From NCBI GenBank assembly GCA_964587905.1, contig CAZPOK010000001.1:1-49431 (forward strand): DNA of 49,431 bases, given 5' to 3'. The DNA is from an uncultured Rhodobacterales bacterium (GTDB lineage Bacteria > Pseudomonadota > Alphaproteobacteria > Rhodobacterales > Rhodobacteraceae). A program made the position numbers and the translations under genes. A model generated the notes under the pieces. The model was not told the DNA's origin. It searched no databases and saw only the letters and a program-made list of their open reading frames with translations. Position 1 is the stretch's first letter, and the number at the start of each line of letters is the position of its first letter. Shown one piece after another: positions 26,223 to 34,675 of the stretch.

Positions 26223-27872
26223 TCAGGCCGCCTTGGGGCGCCGCCACATGGCGACGCGAAAACGGTTGGCGACGAAAGCGGCGTCGGTCAGGCTCGCATT
26301 GCCCGCCGGATTCGCGCCGGTTACGTGATAATCGCTGAAGGCCGCGCTCTGGTTCACGAAGATGTTGCCGGTCAGGTTGATCGACAGGTTCGTGCCCGCC
26401 GCGGCAAAGGCCTCGACGGCGCGTCCGATACGCGCCTCGTCGATGTCGTAGAGCGCCGCGGTTATGGCGCCGCAAGTCCGCGCGAGCCGCGCGGCCTCGG
26501 CGATGCCGGCCTCGGCGTCCTGCGCCGCGACGATGAAGCTGATCGGCCCGAAGCGCTCCTCGTCATACGACGGATCGCCCTGCTCCACCGCCAGAATCAG
26601 CGGCGTGGCACTCCGCTCGCCGCCCAGCGGCGCGCTGTCGCGCACGACCCGGCCCAGCCCGCGCGCCGCCTTGATCCGCTCGAGCGTGGCGGGGCTCGCC
26701 AGAGCACCGCAGACGGCCGAGGCGCGCGCCGGATCGTCGAGCAACGCATCGACCGCATGGGCGATGCCCTCGGCCATGGCGTCGAAGCTCTTGTGCCCCT
26801 GATCGGTCTCGATCCCGTCCTTCGGCACGAAAAGGTTCTGTGGCGCGGTGCACATCTGCCCTGAATAGAGCGCGAGGGAGAAGGCGATGTTCGCGCACAT
26901 GCCCGCGAAATCGTCGGTCGCGGCGATGACGATCGAGTTGACGCCCGTCTCTTCGGTATAGACCTGCGCGCCCCCGGCATGGCCCCGCACCCACGCGCCG
27001 AAGGCGCTTGAGCCGGTATAGTCTATGATTTCCACGGCTTCCTGCGTGACGAGCGGCTTCGTGATCTCCTCCCCCGGAGCGTCCGGGGCGAGCAGGACCG
27101 CATCCTGCGGCAGCCCCTGCTCGGCCAGTACCTCGCGCGCCACCCTCACCGTCAGCGCCAGCGGCAGGATCGCGCCGGGATGCGGCTTGACGATCACCGT
27201 ATTGCCGGTGGCGAGGCTCGCGAAGAGGCCGGGATAACTGTTCCAGGTCGGGAAGGTGTTGCAGGCGATGACGAGCGCCACGCCGCGCGGGACGATGCGC
27301 CAGTGCTTTTCCAGCAGGATCGGCGCGGCCTTGCCCTGCGGCTTCTCCCAGACGACCTCGGCCGGCGTGCGGCTCATCTCGGACCAGGCCATCGCGACGG
27401 CCTCCAGCCCGCGATCCTGCGCATGCGGTCCGCCCGCCTGGAAGGCCATGGGGAAGGCCTGCCCGGTCGTGTGCTGGGTGGCGTGGCCGATCTCGAAACT
27501 CATCGCGTTGAGCCGGACGAGAATCTCCAGACAGACGCCGATGCGCGCCTCCGGTCCGGCCGCCGCCCAGTCCGGAGCCGCCGCCAGGCTCGCCGCGACC
27601 AACGTCTTGGGGTCAGCCGCAGGATAGTCGATGCCGAGGTCATGCCCCCACGGAGAGACCTCGGCGCCGGTGCGCCGCTGTTCGGGATGGCCGGGCAGGT
27701 CGAAGGCTGCGCCGAGGCGCGCGTCATGGGCCGCCTGCCCGTCCGCCTTGGCGTTCTCGCCATAGATCCTGCCGCTCGGAACTTCCGGGAACGGAGTCCA
27801 GAACTCCCGCGTCCGCAGCGCATCGAGCGCCCGGTTCAGCAGACCGGCATGCGTTTCGTACAGGTCACTCAC
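26223..27872 (-). CDS. paaN: PaaN-type aldehyde dehydrogenase (ring-opened phenylacetyl-CoA pathway semialdehyde dehydrogenase)
   Basis: 549 aa. The GTG start has GGGAGGAAG upstream. It belongs to the ALDH superfamily and has the PaaN-like N-terminus LRTREFWTPFPEVPSGRIYGE. It sits within paa gene context. Confidence 0.75.
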   Translation of the reverse strand: MSDLYETHAGLLNRALDALRTREFWTPFPEVPSGRIYGENAKADGQAAHDARLGAAFDLPGHPEQRRTGAEVSPWGHDLGIDYPAADPKTLVAASLAAAPDWAAAGPEARIGVCLEILVRLNAMSFEIGHATQHTTGQAFPMAFQAGGPHAQDRGLEAVAMAWSEMSRTPAEVVWEKPQGKAAPILLEKHWRIVPRGVALVIACNTFPTWNSYPGLFASLATGNTVIVKPHPGAILPLALTVRVAREVLAEQGLPQDAVLLAPDAPGEEITKPLVTQEAVEIIDYTGSSAFGAWVRGHAGGAQVYTEETGVNSIVIAATDDFAGMCANIAFSLALYSGQMCTAPQNLFVPKDGIETDQGHKSFDAMAEGIAHAVDALLDDPARASAVCGALASPATLERIKAARGLGRVVRDSAPLGGERSATPLILAVEQGDPSYDEERFGPISFIVAAQDAEAGIAEAARLARTCGAITAALYDIDEARIGRAVEAFAAAGTNLSINLTGNIFVNQSAAFSDYHVTGANPAGNASLTDAAFVANRFRVAMWRRPKAA

Positions 27873-27896
27873 GCCTTCCTCCCTCGAGTCAGCTTT

Positions 27897-27925
27897 ATAA
27901 TTGACTGACCGGTCGGTTTATGCAA
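27897..27925 (-). promoter_or_regulatory. Putative paaN promoter (TTGCAT-N17-AATTATAAA) with the palindrome ACCGACC|GGTCAGT in the spacer
   Basis: On the minus strand, TTGCAT is at 27925..27920 and the AT-rich -10 region is near 27902..27894. The 14-nt near-palindrome ACTGACCGGTCGGT is at 27904..27917. This is the 105-bp divergent paaN/paaG spacer. Confidence 0.45.
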
Positions 27926-27977
27926 CTCCTTTTTTCCGACAGAGCCCGCCGGCAAGGCGGTCGCAAGGGAGGATGCC

Positions 27978-28772
27978 GTGACACGGTCGGATACGGTTCT
28001 GGTGGCGCGCGAGGCGGGCGTGCTCACGCTCACGCTCAACCGCCCGGACAGGCTCAATTCCTTCAACGAGGAAATGCACCTGGCCCTGCGCGCAGGTCTC
28101 GAGAGCGCGCGCGACGATGCTGCCGTGCGTGCCGTTCTGCTGACCGGTGCCGGGCGGGGCTTCAGCGCCGGGCAGGACCTGGGCGACCGCGACCCGCGGA
28201 AGATGGAAGGCCCCCCCGATCTCGGCGACACGATCGAGCGGTTCTACAATCCGACCCTCCGGCTCATCCGAAATCTCGAAAAGCCCGTCATCTGCGCCGT
28301 CAACGGCGTCGCCGCCGGAGCGGGAGCGAACATCGCCATGGCATGCGACATCGTCATCGCCGCCCGATCCGCGAAATTCATCCAGGCTTTCTCCAGGATC
28401 GGGCTCGTGCCCGACTCGGGCGGCACGTGGTCGCTGCCCCGGCTGCTGGGCGAAGCCCGAGCCAAGGCGCTCGCGCTCACCGCCGACCCCCTGATGGCCG
28501 ACACCGCGGCCGAGTGGGGGCTGATCTGGAAGGCGGTGGACGACGAGGCGCTGATGGACGAGGCCCGTGCGCTTGCCGAAGGCCTCGCAAGAGGCCCCAC
28601 CGCGGGCCTTGCCAAGATCAAGCACGCGATTCATTGTGCCGCGACGAACAGCTTCGACGAACAACTCGATCTTGAACGCGATCTGCAACGCGAGGCGGGC
28701 CGCAGCGCCGACTACGCCGAGGGCGTCGCTGCCTTCCTCGAGAAGCGCGCACCTGTGTTCGAGGGAAAATGA
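27978..28772 (+). CDS. paaG: Crotonase-family 1,2-epoxyphenylacetyl-CoA isomerase (PaaG)
   Basis: 264 aa. The GTG start has AGGGAGGA upstream. It carries LTLNRPDRLNSF and GAGRGFSAGQDL crotonase motifs. It is followed by paaI with an ATGA overlap. Confidence 0.8.
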   Translation: MTRSDTVLVAREAGVLTLTLNRPDRLNSFNEEMHLALRAGLESARDDAAVRAVLLTGAGRGFSAGQDLGDRDPRKMEGPPDLGDTIERFYNPTLRLIRNLEKPVICAVNGVAAGAGANIAMACDIVIAARSAKFIQAFSRIGLVPDSGGTWSLPRLLGEARAKALALTADPLMADTAAEWGLIWKAVDDEALMDEARALAEGLARGPTAGLAKIKHAIHCAATNSFDEQLDLERDLQREAGRSADYAEGVAAFLEKRAPVFEGK

Positions 28773-29215
28773 GCATCGCCGGACTGAGCCCCGAAGCGCT
28801 CGCGCGCGCCTGCGCCGAGACGATGTGCAACGACGACAGCGCCTCGCAACGTCTCGGCATGACCTTCGACGAAATCGCACCCGGCCGCGCGACGCTCTCC
28901 ATGACAATCACTGCCGAGATGTCCAACGGCCACGCCACGGCCCATGGCGGTTACATATTCACCCTCGCCGACAGCGCCTTCGCCTTCGCCTGCAATGGCT
29001 ACAACCAGCGCACCGTCGCCCAGCACGCCGCGATCACCTACATCGCGCCGGCCTTCGTGGGCGACCGGCTGACCGCGCGGGCAGTGGAGATCCACCGCAA
29101 GGGCCGAGGCGGGATCTACGATGTGCACGTGACCAACCAGAACGGCGAGCCGGTGGCCGAATTCCGCGGCCATTCGCGCACCGTCAAGGGCACTCACCTG
29201 CCCGAAACAGACTGA
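28769..29215 (+). CDS. paaI: Hot-dog-fold hydroxyphenylacetyl-CoA thioesterase (PaaI)
   Basis: 148 aa, with HGGYIFTLADSAFAFA typical of the PaaI/4HBT class. Confidence 0.8.
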   Translation: MSIAGLSPEALARACAETMCNDDSASQRLGMTFDEIAPGRATLSMTITAEMSNGHATAHGGYIFTLADSAFAFACNGYNQRTVAQHAAITYIAPAFVGDRLTARAVEIHRKGRGGIYDVHVTNQNGEPVAEFRGHSRTVKGTHLPETD

Positions 29216-29241
29216 TCCCCGGTCAGAGGGAGGAGACCGAC

Positions 29242-30552
29242 ATGAAAGACCTGACCCCCACGCCCGAATCGCTCGATCCGATCGAGATCGCCTCGCGGGA
29301 CGAGATCACGGCGCTCCAGCTCGACCGGCTGAGATGGTCGCTGCGCCACGCCTACGAAGGCTCCGCATTCTACCGCCGGCGCTTCGACGAGGCGGGCGTT
29401 CACCCCGACGACCTGGAGAGCCTCTCGGATCTGGCGAAATTCCCGTTCACCACCAAGGCCGATCTGCGAGACACCTATCCCTTCGGGATGTTCGCGGTCC
29501 CGCGCGAGCAGCTGTGCCGCATCCACGCCTCCTCCGGCACCACGGGCAAGCCGACGATCGTCGGATACACGAAGACCGACATCGACATCTGGTCCAATCT
29601 CGTGGCCCGCTCGATCCGCGCATCCGGCGGCCGTTCGGGAGACATCTGTCACATTGCCTACGGCTACGGCCTGTTCACCGGCGGGCTCGGCGCGCATTAC
29701 GGCGCGGAACGGCTCGGCTGCACCGTCGTCCCCGTTTCGGGCGGCATGACCGAGAGGCAGGTGACCCTGCTGCAGGACTTCAAGCCGCGCATCATCATGG
29801 TGACGCCGTCGTACATGCTCTCGATCCTGGACGAGTTCCGCCGTCAGGGCATCGACCCGCGCGAAAGCTCCATCGAGATCGGGATCTTCGGTGCCGAGCC
29901 CTGGACGAACGCCATGCGCGGCGAGATCGAGGAGGCCTTCGACATGCATGCCGTGGACATCTACGGCCTGTCGGAAGTTATGGGTCCGGGCGTCGCCAAC
30001 GAGTGCGTCGAGACCAAGGACGGCCTGCATCTCTGGGAGGATCATTTCTATCCCGAGATCATCGACCCGCAGACCGGCGATGTGCTGCCGGACGGCGAGA
30101 TGGGCGAGCTGGTCTTCACCACGCTGACGAAGGAAGGTCTGCCGATGGTGCGGTACCGCACCCGCGACCTCACTCGGCTGCTGCCGGGCACCGCGAGATC
30201 GATGCGTCGGATGGAGAAGATCACGGGCCGCTCGGACGACATGATCATCCTGCGCGGCGTCAACGTCTTTCCCACCCAGATCGAAGAGCAGATTCTCAAA
30301 TGCGCGGGCCTCACCCCGCACTTCCAGATCGAACTGGGCCGCGAGGGCCGCATGGACGTGATGACCGTGCATGTCGAGTGCCTGCCGGGGTCTTCCGAGC
30401 AACCGGCGCGCGATGCCCTGGCGAAGGAACTGTCGCATCACATCAAGAGCGTGATCGGCGTCAGCGCCCGGGTCGCGGTGCATCTGCCACAGCACGTCTC
30501 GCGCTCCGAGGGCAAGGCCAAGCGCTTGGTGGACAACCGGCCCAAGGGCTGA
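29242..30552 (+). CDS. paaK: Phenylacetate-CoA ligase (PaaK)
   Basis: Start ATG 29242 (GGGAGGAG upstream) inside track ORF 28567..30552 gives 436 aa. Motifs include IHASSGTTGKPT and YPFGMFAVP, with a PaaK-like length. Confidence 0.85.
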   Translation: MKDLTPTPESLDPIEIASRDEITALQLDRLRWSLRHAYEGSAFYRRRFDEAGVHPDDLESLSDLAKFPFTTKADLRDTYPFGMFAVPREQLCRIHASSGTTGKPTIVGYTKTDIDIWSNLVARSIRASGGRSGDICHIAYGYGLFTGGLGAHYGAERLGCTVVPVSGGMTERQVTLLQDFKPRIIMVTPSYMLSILDEFRRQGIDPRESSIEIGIFGAEPWTNAMRGEIEEAFDMHAVDIYGLSEVMGPGVANECVETKDGLHLWEDHFYPEIIDPQTGDVLPDGEMGELVFTTLTKEGLPMVRYRTRDLTRLLPGTARSMRRMEKITGRSDDMIILRGVNVFPTQIEEQILKCAGLTPHFQIELGREGRMDVMTVHVECLPGSSEQPARDALAKELSHHIKSVIGVSARVAVHLPQHVSRSEGKAKRLVDNRPKG

Positions 30553-30603
30553 TCGGATGACGGAACCCTTCGCGGGGCCAGTCACCCAAAAGGGGAAGGA
30601 TGC

Positions 30604-31203
30604 ATGGCCCGAACGCGTGCGATCGATTTCGAGGAAAAGCGGCAGAGCCTGCTGACGAGCGCTGCCGCCGTGCTTGCCGAACAGGGTATGGACAAGGCCT
30701 CCATGGCGCAGATCGCCAGCGAGGCCGGCGTCTCCAAGGCCCTGCTCTATCACTATTATCCCGGCAAGGACGCGCTGATCTTCGGCATCATCGAGGGGCA
30801 TCTTTCCGCCCTCGACGGGAGGGTCGCGGCCGCGGAGGATCACACGCTGCCCCCCGAGGACCGGCTGCGCGCGCTCGTCTGGGCGGTGCTCGACGCCTAT
30901 CGCGGCGCCGACGACGCCCACAAGGTTCAGATCAACGCGATGAGCGCCCTCACCGACGCGCAGCGCGAAGCGATCACCGCGATCGAGCGGCGCATCGTCA
31001 AACGGTTCTCCGCCGTCCTGCGCGAGATAAATCCCGGACTCGACACGCCCGAGCGACCGCTTCTCATGCCCGTCACCATGTCGCTCTTCGGCATGATGAA
31101 CTGGGTGTACATGTGGTTCCGGGAGGGCGGCCCGATCACCCGCGAGGATTATTCCGAGATCGCGACGACACTGATCCTCGAAGGCATCAGGGCCGTTCGC
31201 TGA
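30604..31203 (+). CDS. paaR: TetR-family regulator inside the paa cluster (PaaR-like)
   Basis: 199 aa. The HTH is LLTSAAAVLAEQGMDKASMAQIASEAGVSKALLYHYYPGKDAL. It lies directly after paaK. The PaaR assignment rests on context only. Confidence 0.7.
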   Translation: MARTRAIDFEEKRQSLLTSAAAVLAEQGMDKASMAQIASEAGVSKALLYHYYPGKDALIFGIIEGHLSALDGRVAAAEDHTLPPEDRLRALVWAVLDAYRGADDAHKVQINAMSALTDAQREAITAIERRIVKRFSAVLREINPGLDTPERPLLMPVTMSLFGMMNWVYMWFREGGPITREDYSEIATTLILEGIRAVR

Positions 31204-31807
31204 ACTTCGCCCGCTCCAGCATCAGCGGATCGTAATCCGGCGCCTCGATCCTGCGGCGGTTGCGCTCCACCTCGCTCAGCGGCTCGGCCGGCACGAGCTT
31301 GTGCTGCGCGTCGCGTGCGAGTTGCTGATAGACGCCGGTGCCCCGCGTCTTCCAGTCGATCTCGGTGTCGGTGAGCTCGCGCACGATCCTGGCCGGCGCC
31401 CCCGCGGCCAGGTGGGCCGCCGGCACCTCCATTCCTGCCTTCACGAACGCCATGGCCGCGACGAAGGCGTTCTCGCCGACGACGGCCTCGTCCATCACCA
31501 CGGCATTCATGCCGATCAGGGCGTTGCGCCCGACGCGGCAGCCGTGCAGCACGGCGCCATGGCCGACGTGCCCCGCCTCCTCGATCACAGTCTCGAGGTT
31601 GGGGAAGGCGTGCACCACGCAGGTCTCTTGCAGGTTCGCGCCGTCCCCCATGACGATCCTGCCGAAATCGCCACGCATCACGGCGCCTGGCCCGACATAG
31701 CAGCCGGCCCCCACGATCACGTCGCCGATAAGCACCGCCGCCGGATGGACGAAGGCCGAGGGATCCACCACCGGCACGATCCCATCATAGGCGTAGACCT
31801 GCGCCAT
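31187..31807 (-). CDS. paaY: Hexapeptide-repeat / gamma-carbonic-anhydrase-like protein (PaaY)
   Basis: Start ATG 31807 (MAQVYAYDGIVPVVDPSAFVHPAAVLIGDV...) gives 206 aa with left-handed beta-helix repeats. It overlaps the paaZ stop by 1 nt and the convergent paaR 3' end by 17 nt. Confidence 0.8.
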   Translation of the reverse strand: MAQVYAYDGIVPVVDPSAFVHPAAVLIGDVIVGAGCYVGPGAVMRGDFGRIVMGDGANLQETCVVHAFPNLETVIEEAGHVGHGAVLHGCRVGRNALIGMNAVVMDEAVVGENAFVAAMAFVKAGMEVPAAHLAAGAPARIVRELTDTEIDWKTRGTGVYQQLARDAQHKLVPAEPLSEVERNRRRIEAPDYDPLMLERAKFSERP

Positions 31808-33864
31808 CAGCTCCGCTCCTTGGCGACCATCGTGAGCACGTCGTACTGCGCGACGACATCCCCGTCGTCGTTCGTCACCCGGCAGTCCCAGCGGACCTCG
31901 CCGTAATCGGCCGTCTCGCGCGGATTGATCTCCTTGCAGGTCAGCCGCACCTGGAGCGTGTCGCCCGGATTGACCGGGGACATGAAGCGCAGGTTGTCCA
32001 CGCCGTAATTCGCCAGCACCGGTCCCGGCTCGGGATGCACGAACAGTCCTGCGGCGAAGGAGACGATAAGATAGCCATGCGCCACGCGTCCCTCGAAGAA
32101 CGGGTTGGCCTTCGCGGCCGCCTCGTCCATGTGCGCATAGAACGTGTCGCCGGTGAACTCGGCGAAATGCTCGATATCCTCCAGCGTCACGGTCCGCTTC
32201 TCGGTGACCAGCTGGTCGCCGACACGCAACTCGGCCAGCGACTTGCGGAAGGGATGCTCGCCGTGCGGGTCGGCATCGGCGCCCTCGGTCCACTGACCGG
32301 TGACCGCCGAAAGCAGCCGGGGCGTGCCTTGGACCGCCGTGCGCTGCATGAAGTGCTTGACCCCGCGCATCCCGCCCAGTTCCTCGCCGCCGCCTGCGCG
32401 GCCGGGGCCGCCATGCACGAGCATCGGCAGCGGAGAGCCGTGGCCCGTCGAGGTCTTGGCGCTGCGCCGGTTGCCGATCAGGATCCGGCCGTGGAACGGC
32501 GCCATGCCGAGCACCATCGCCGCCGCCACGTCCTTGTCGTCGGTGAAGACCGACGAGACGAGGGAGCCCTTGCCCATCGCCGCGATCTCCACGGCCTCAT
32601 CGAGATCGTCGTAGGGCAGCAGTGTCGCGACCGGCCCGAAGGCCTCGCATTCGTGGACGACCTTCGCCGCCCTGGGGGTGTCGCAGTAAAGCAGGACCGG
32701 ATTGAGGAAGGCGCCTTTCCGCGGATCGCCCGACACGACGCGCACATCCTCCGGGTCGCCCGCGACAATGCGCGCCTCGGAGGTCAGATCGCGGATCCGG
32801 GCGCGGACCTCGTCGCGCTGCGAAAGCGACGCCAGCGGTCCCATGCGCACGCCGTCCTCGCCCGGGTGGCCCAGCGCGGTGTCCGCGAGCCGCGTGCCCA
32901 GCGCCTCAATGGCGGCCTGTGCGAACTCGCGCGGCACCAGCGCCCGCCGGATCGCGGTGCATTTCTGCCCCGCCTTGGCCGTCATCTCGCGGGCGACCTC
33001 CTTGACGAAGAGGTCGAACTCTTCGGTGCCCGGGGCCGCGTCGGGCCCGAGGACCGCCGCGTTGAGGCTGTCGGCCTCCATCGTGAAGCGCGTCGAGTTC
33101 TCCACGATCGCGTTCGAGGTCTTGAGCTTCCGGCCCGTATGCGCGGAGCCGGTGAAGGTTACCACGTCCTGCCCGGTCACGTGATCCAGCAAATCGCCCA
33201 CCGAGCCGGTCACCAGTTGCAGCGCCCCGTCCGGCAGCAGCCCGGTGTCGATCATCCTGCGCACCATCAGTTCGGTGAGATAAGCCGTCTGGCTCGCAGG
33301 CTTCACCAGCGCCGGCATCCCGGCCAGCAGGGTCGGCGCGACCTTCTCCAGCATTCCCCAGCACGGGAAGTTGAAGGCGTTGATATGGATCGCCACACCG
33401 CGCATCGGCGTCAGGATGTGCTGCGCGGAAAAGCTGGCGTCCCTGCTCAACGGCTCCACCGGCCCATCGCTCAGAACCATTGCGTTGGGCAGTTCGCGCC
33501 GGCCCTTGGAACCGTAGCTCAGCAGGGTGCCGATGCCGCCCTCGATGTCGATCCAGCCGTCCTTGCGGGTGGCACCCGTCAGGAGGCTCTCGGCATAGAA
33601 GGACTCCTTGGCCTCCATCAGCGCCTGGCCCAGCCCCTTCAGCATCAACGCGCGCTCGTGAAAGGTCATCTTGCGCAGCGCCGGACCGCCACGCTTGCGG
33701 CCGTAATCGAGCGCTGCGGCGAAATCGATTCCGCTCGAGTCGATCAGCGCGACCGTCTCACCGGTGGCGGCGTCGGCCAGCGGCTTGCCCTCGGCCGCCC
33801 CGCGGGTCCAGCGCCCGGAGACATAGCTTTCCAGGCGGCGCGGTTCGCGTGCCGTGATATTCAT
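31807..33864 (-). CDS. paaZ: Bifunctional PaaZ (aldehyde dehydrogenase + MaoC-like oxepin-CoA hydrolase)
   Basis: 685 aa. It has an N-terminal ALDH domain and a C-terminal hot-dog hydratase domain (RVAHGYLIVSFAAG). Confidence 0.85.
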   Translation of the reverse strand: MNITAREPRRLESYVSGRWTRGAAEGKPLADAATGETVALIDSSGIDFAAALDYGRKRGGPALRKMTFHERALMLKGLGQALMEAKESFYAESLLTGATRKDGWIDIEGGIGTLLSYGSKGRRELPNAMVLSDGPVEPLSRDASFSAQHILTPMRGVAIHINAFNFPCWGMLEKVAPTLLAGMPALVKPASQTAYLTELMVRRMIDTGLLPDGALQLVTGSVGDLLDHVTGQDVVTFTGSAHTGRKLKTSNAIVENSTRFTMEADSLNAAVLGPDAAPGTEEFDLFVKEVAREMTAKAGQKCTAIRRALVPREFAQAAIEALGTRLADTALGHPGEDGVRMGPLASLSQRDEVRARIRDLTSEARIVAGDPEDVRVVSGDPRKGAFLNPVLLYCDTPRAAKVVHECEAFGPVATLLPYDDLDEAVEIAAMGKGSLVSSVFTDDKDVAAAMVLGMAPFHGRILIGNRRSAKTSTGHGSPLPMLVHGGPGRAGGGEELGGMRGVKHFMQRTAVQGTPRLLSAVTGQWTEGADADPHGEHPFRKSLAELRVGDQLVTEKRTVTLEDIEHFAEFTGDTFYAHMDEAAAKANPFFEGRVAHGYLIVSFAAGLFVHPEPGPVLANYGVDNLRFMSPVNPGDTLQVRLTCKEINPRETADYGEVRWDCRVTNDDGDVVAQYDVLTMVAKERS

Positions 33865-33898
33865 CGCTTCATCCTCTTTTCAGTCGGGCGGGACGCTT

Positions 33899-34669
33899 TC
33901 AGGACAGTCCGAGCGGCGCGAGGCGACGCTCGGTTTCGGCCTTCCAGTCCGCCAGAAGTGTCTCGTTCGGCCGGTGACGCAGGCCGAACTTCTTCAGGGT
34001 CTCGAAGCGCCCCGAGCGCGCCGTGCCGAAGCTCTCGGTCACGCGCGGGTGCCAGTATTTCACCGAGGCACGCGCCTCGCGCAGCCCCTCCCGGTCCGCG
34101 ACGATCCGGTCCAGCCCTTCGAAGCCCAGTTCCACGTGATGCGCCTCGCGAGGCGCGATCTCCTGAAAGGCGCTGGCGAGCGGCGCGTAGGACACATGGA
34201 TCAACTCGCGCAGCGTGACGACGGTCGCGAGGCCCTGAAGCACGTTCATCACGACCGCATCGATCCAGCCTTGCAGCGGGTAGTGAAAGACGGACAGGCG
34301 CATGTCGCCGCCATGCCGGACCTGACCGAGATCCGCGTCGCGTCCGATCCGGGCATCCCACGGCTGGTGGACGGCGTAGCGCGCCATGTCGACGCCGAAC
34401 TCACTCATGACCTTGAGCACACGCTCGGCATGGTCCGTCTTTTCCAGCGTGATCCGCGCCGCGGCGATGCGGCTCTTGAGACCGGGCGCGGCGTTGATCG
34501 TGCCGGCGAACCCGGCCGATCCGGCCATCTCGCTGTCCACAAAGCTTGCCATCAGCCTCAGGAGTTCGCCGCGGTACCGGCCCGGCACGTTGTCCGGAGA
34601 GGTCAGCACCCCGCCCTGCGCCAGATACTCCTCGATCGGCATTGCCTGTTCGGTCGCGTCCATATGCAT
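33899..34669 (-). CDS. Extra PaaA/PaaC-family ferritin-like protein (phenylacetic-acid-catabolic-protein fold), function unknown
   Basis: 256 aa. By eye it aligns with PaaA of this window: YRGELLRLMASFVDSEMAG versus [19 protein letters not shown]; ITLEKTDHAE versus KVQDEAGHG; APREAHHVELG versus [11 protein letters not shown]. It lies between paaE and paaZ. Confidence 0.65.
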   Translation of the reverse strand: MHMDATEQAMPIEEYLAQGGVLTSPDNVPGRYRGELLRLMASFVDSEMAGSAGFAGTINAAPGLKSRIAAARITLEKTDHAERVLKVMSEFGVDMARYAVHQPWDARIGRDADLGQVRHGGDMRLSVFHYPLQGWIDAVVMNVLQGLATVVTLRELIHVSYAPLASAFQEIAPREAHHVELGFEGLDRIVADREGLREARASVKYWHPRVTESFGTARSGRFETLKKFGLRHRPNETLLADWKAETERRLAPLGLS

Positions 34670-34675
34670 TCTCCC

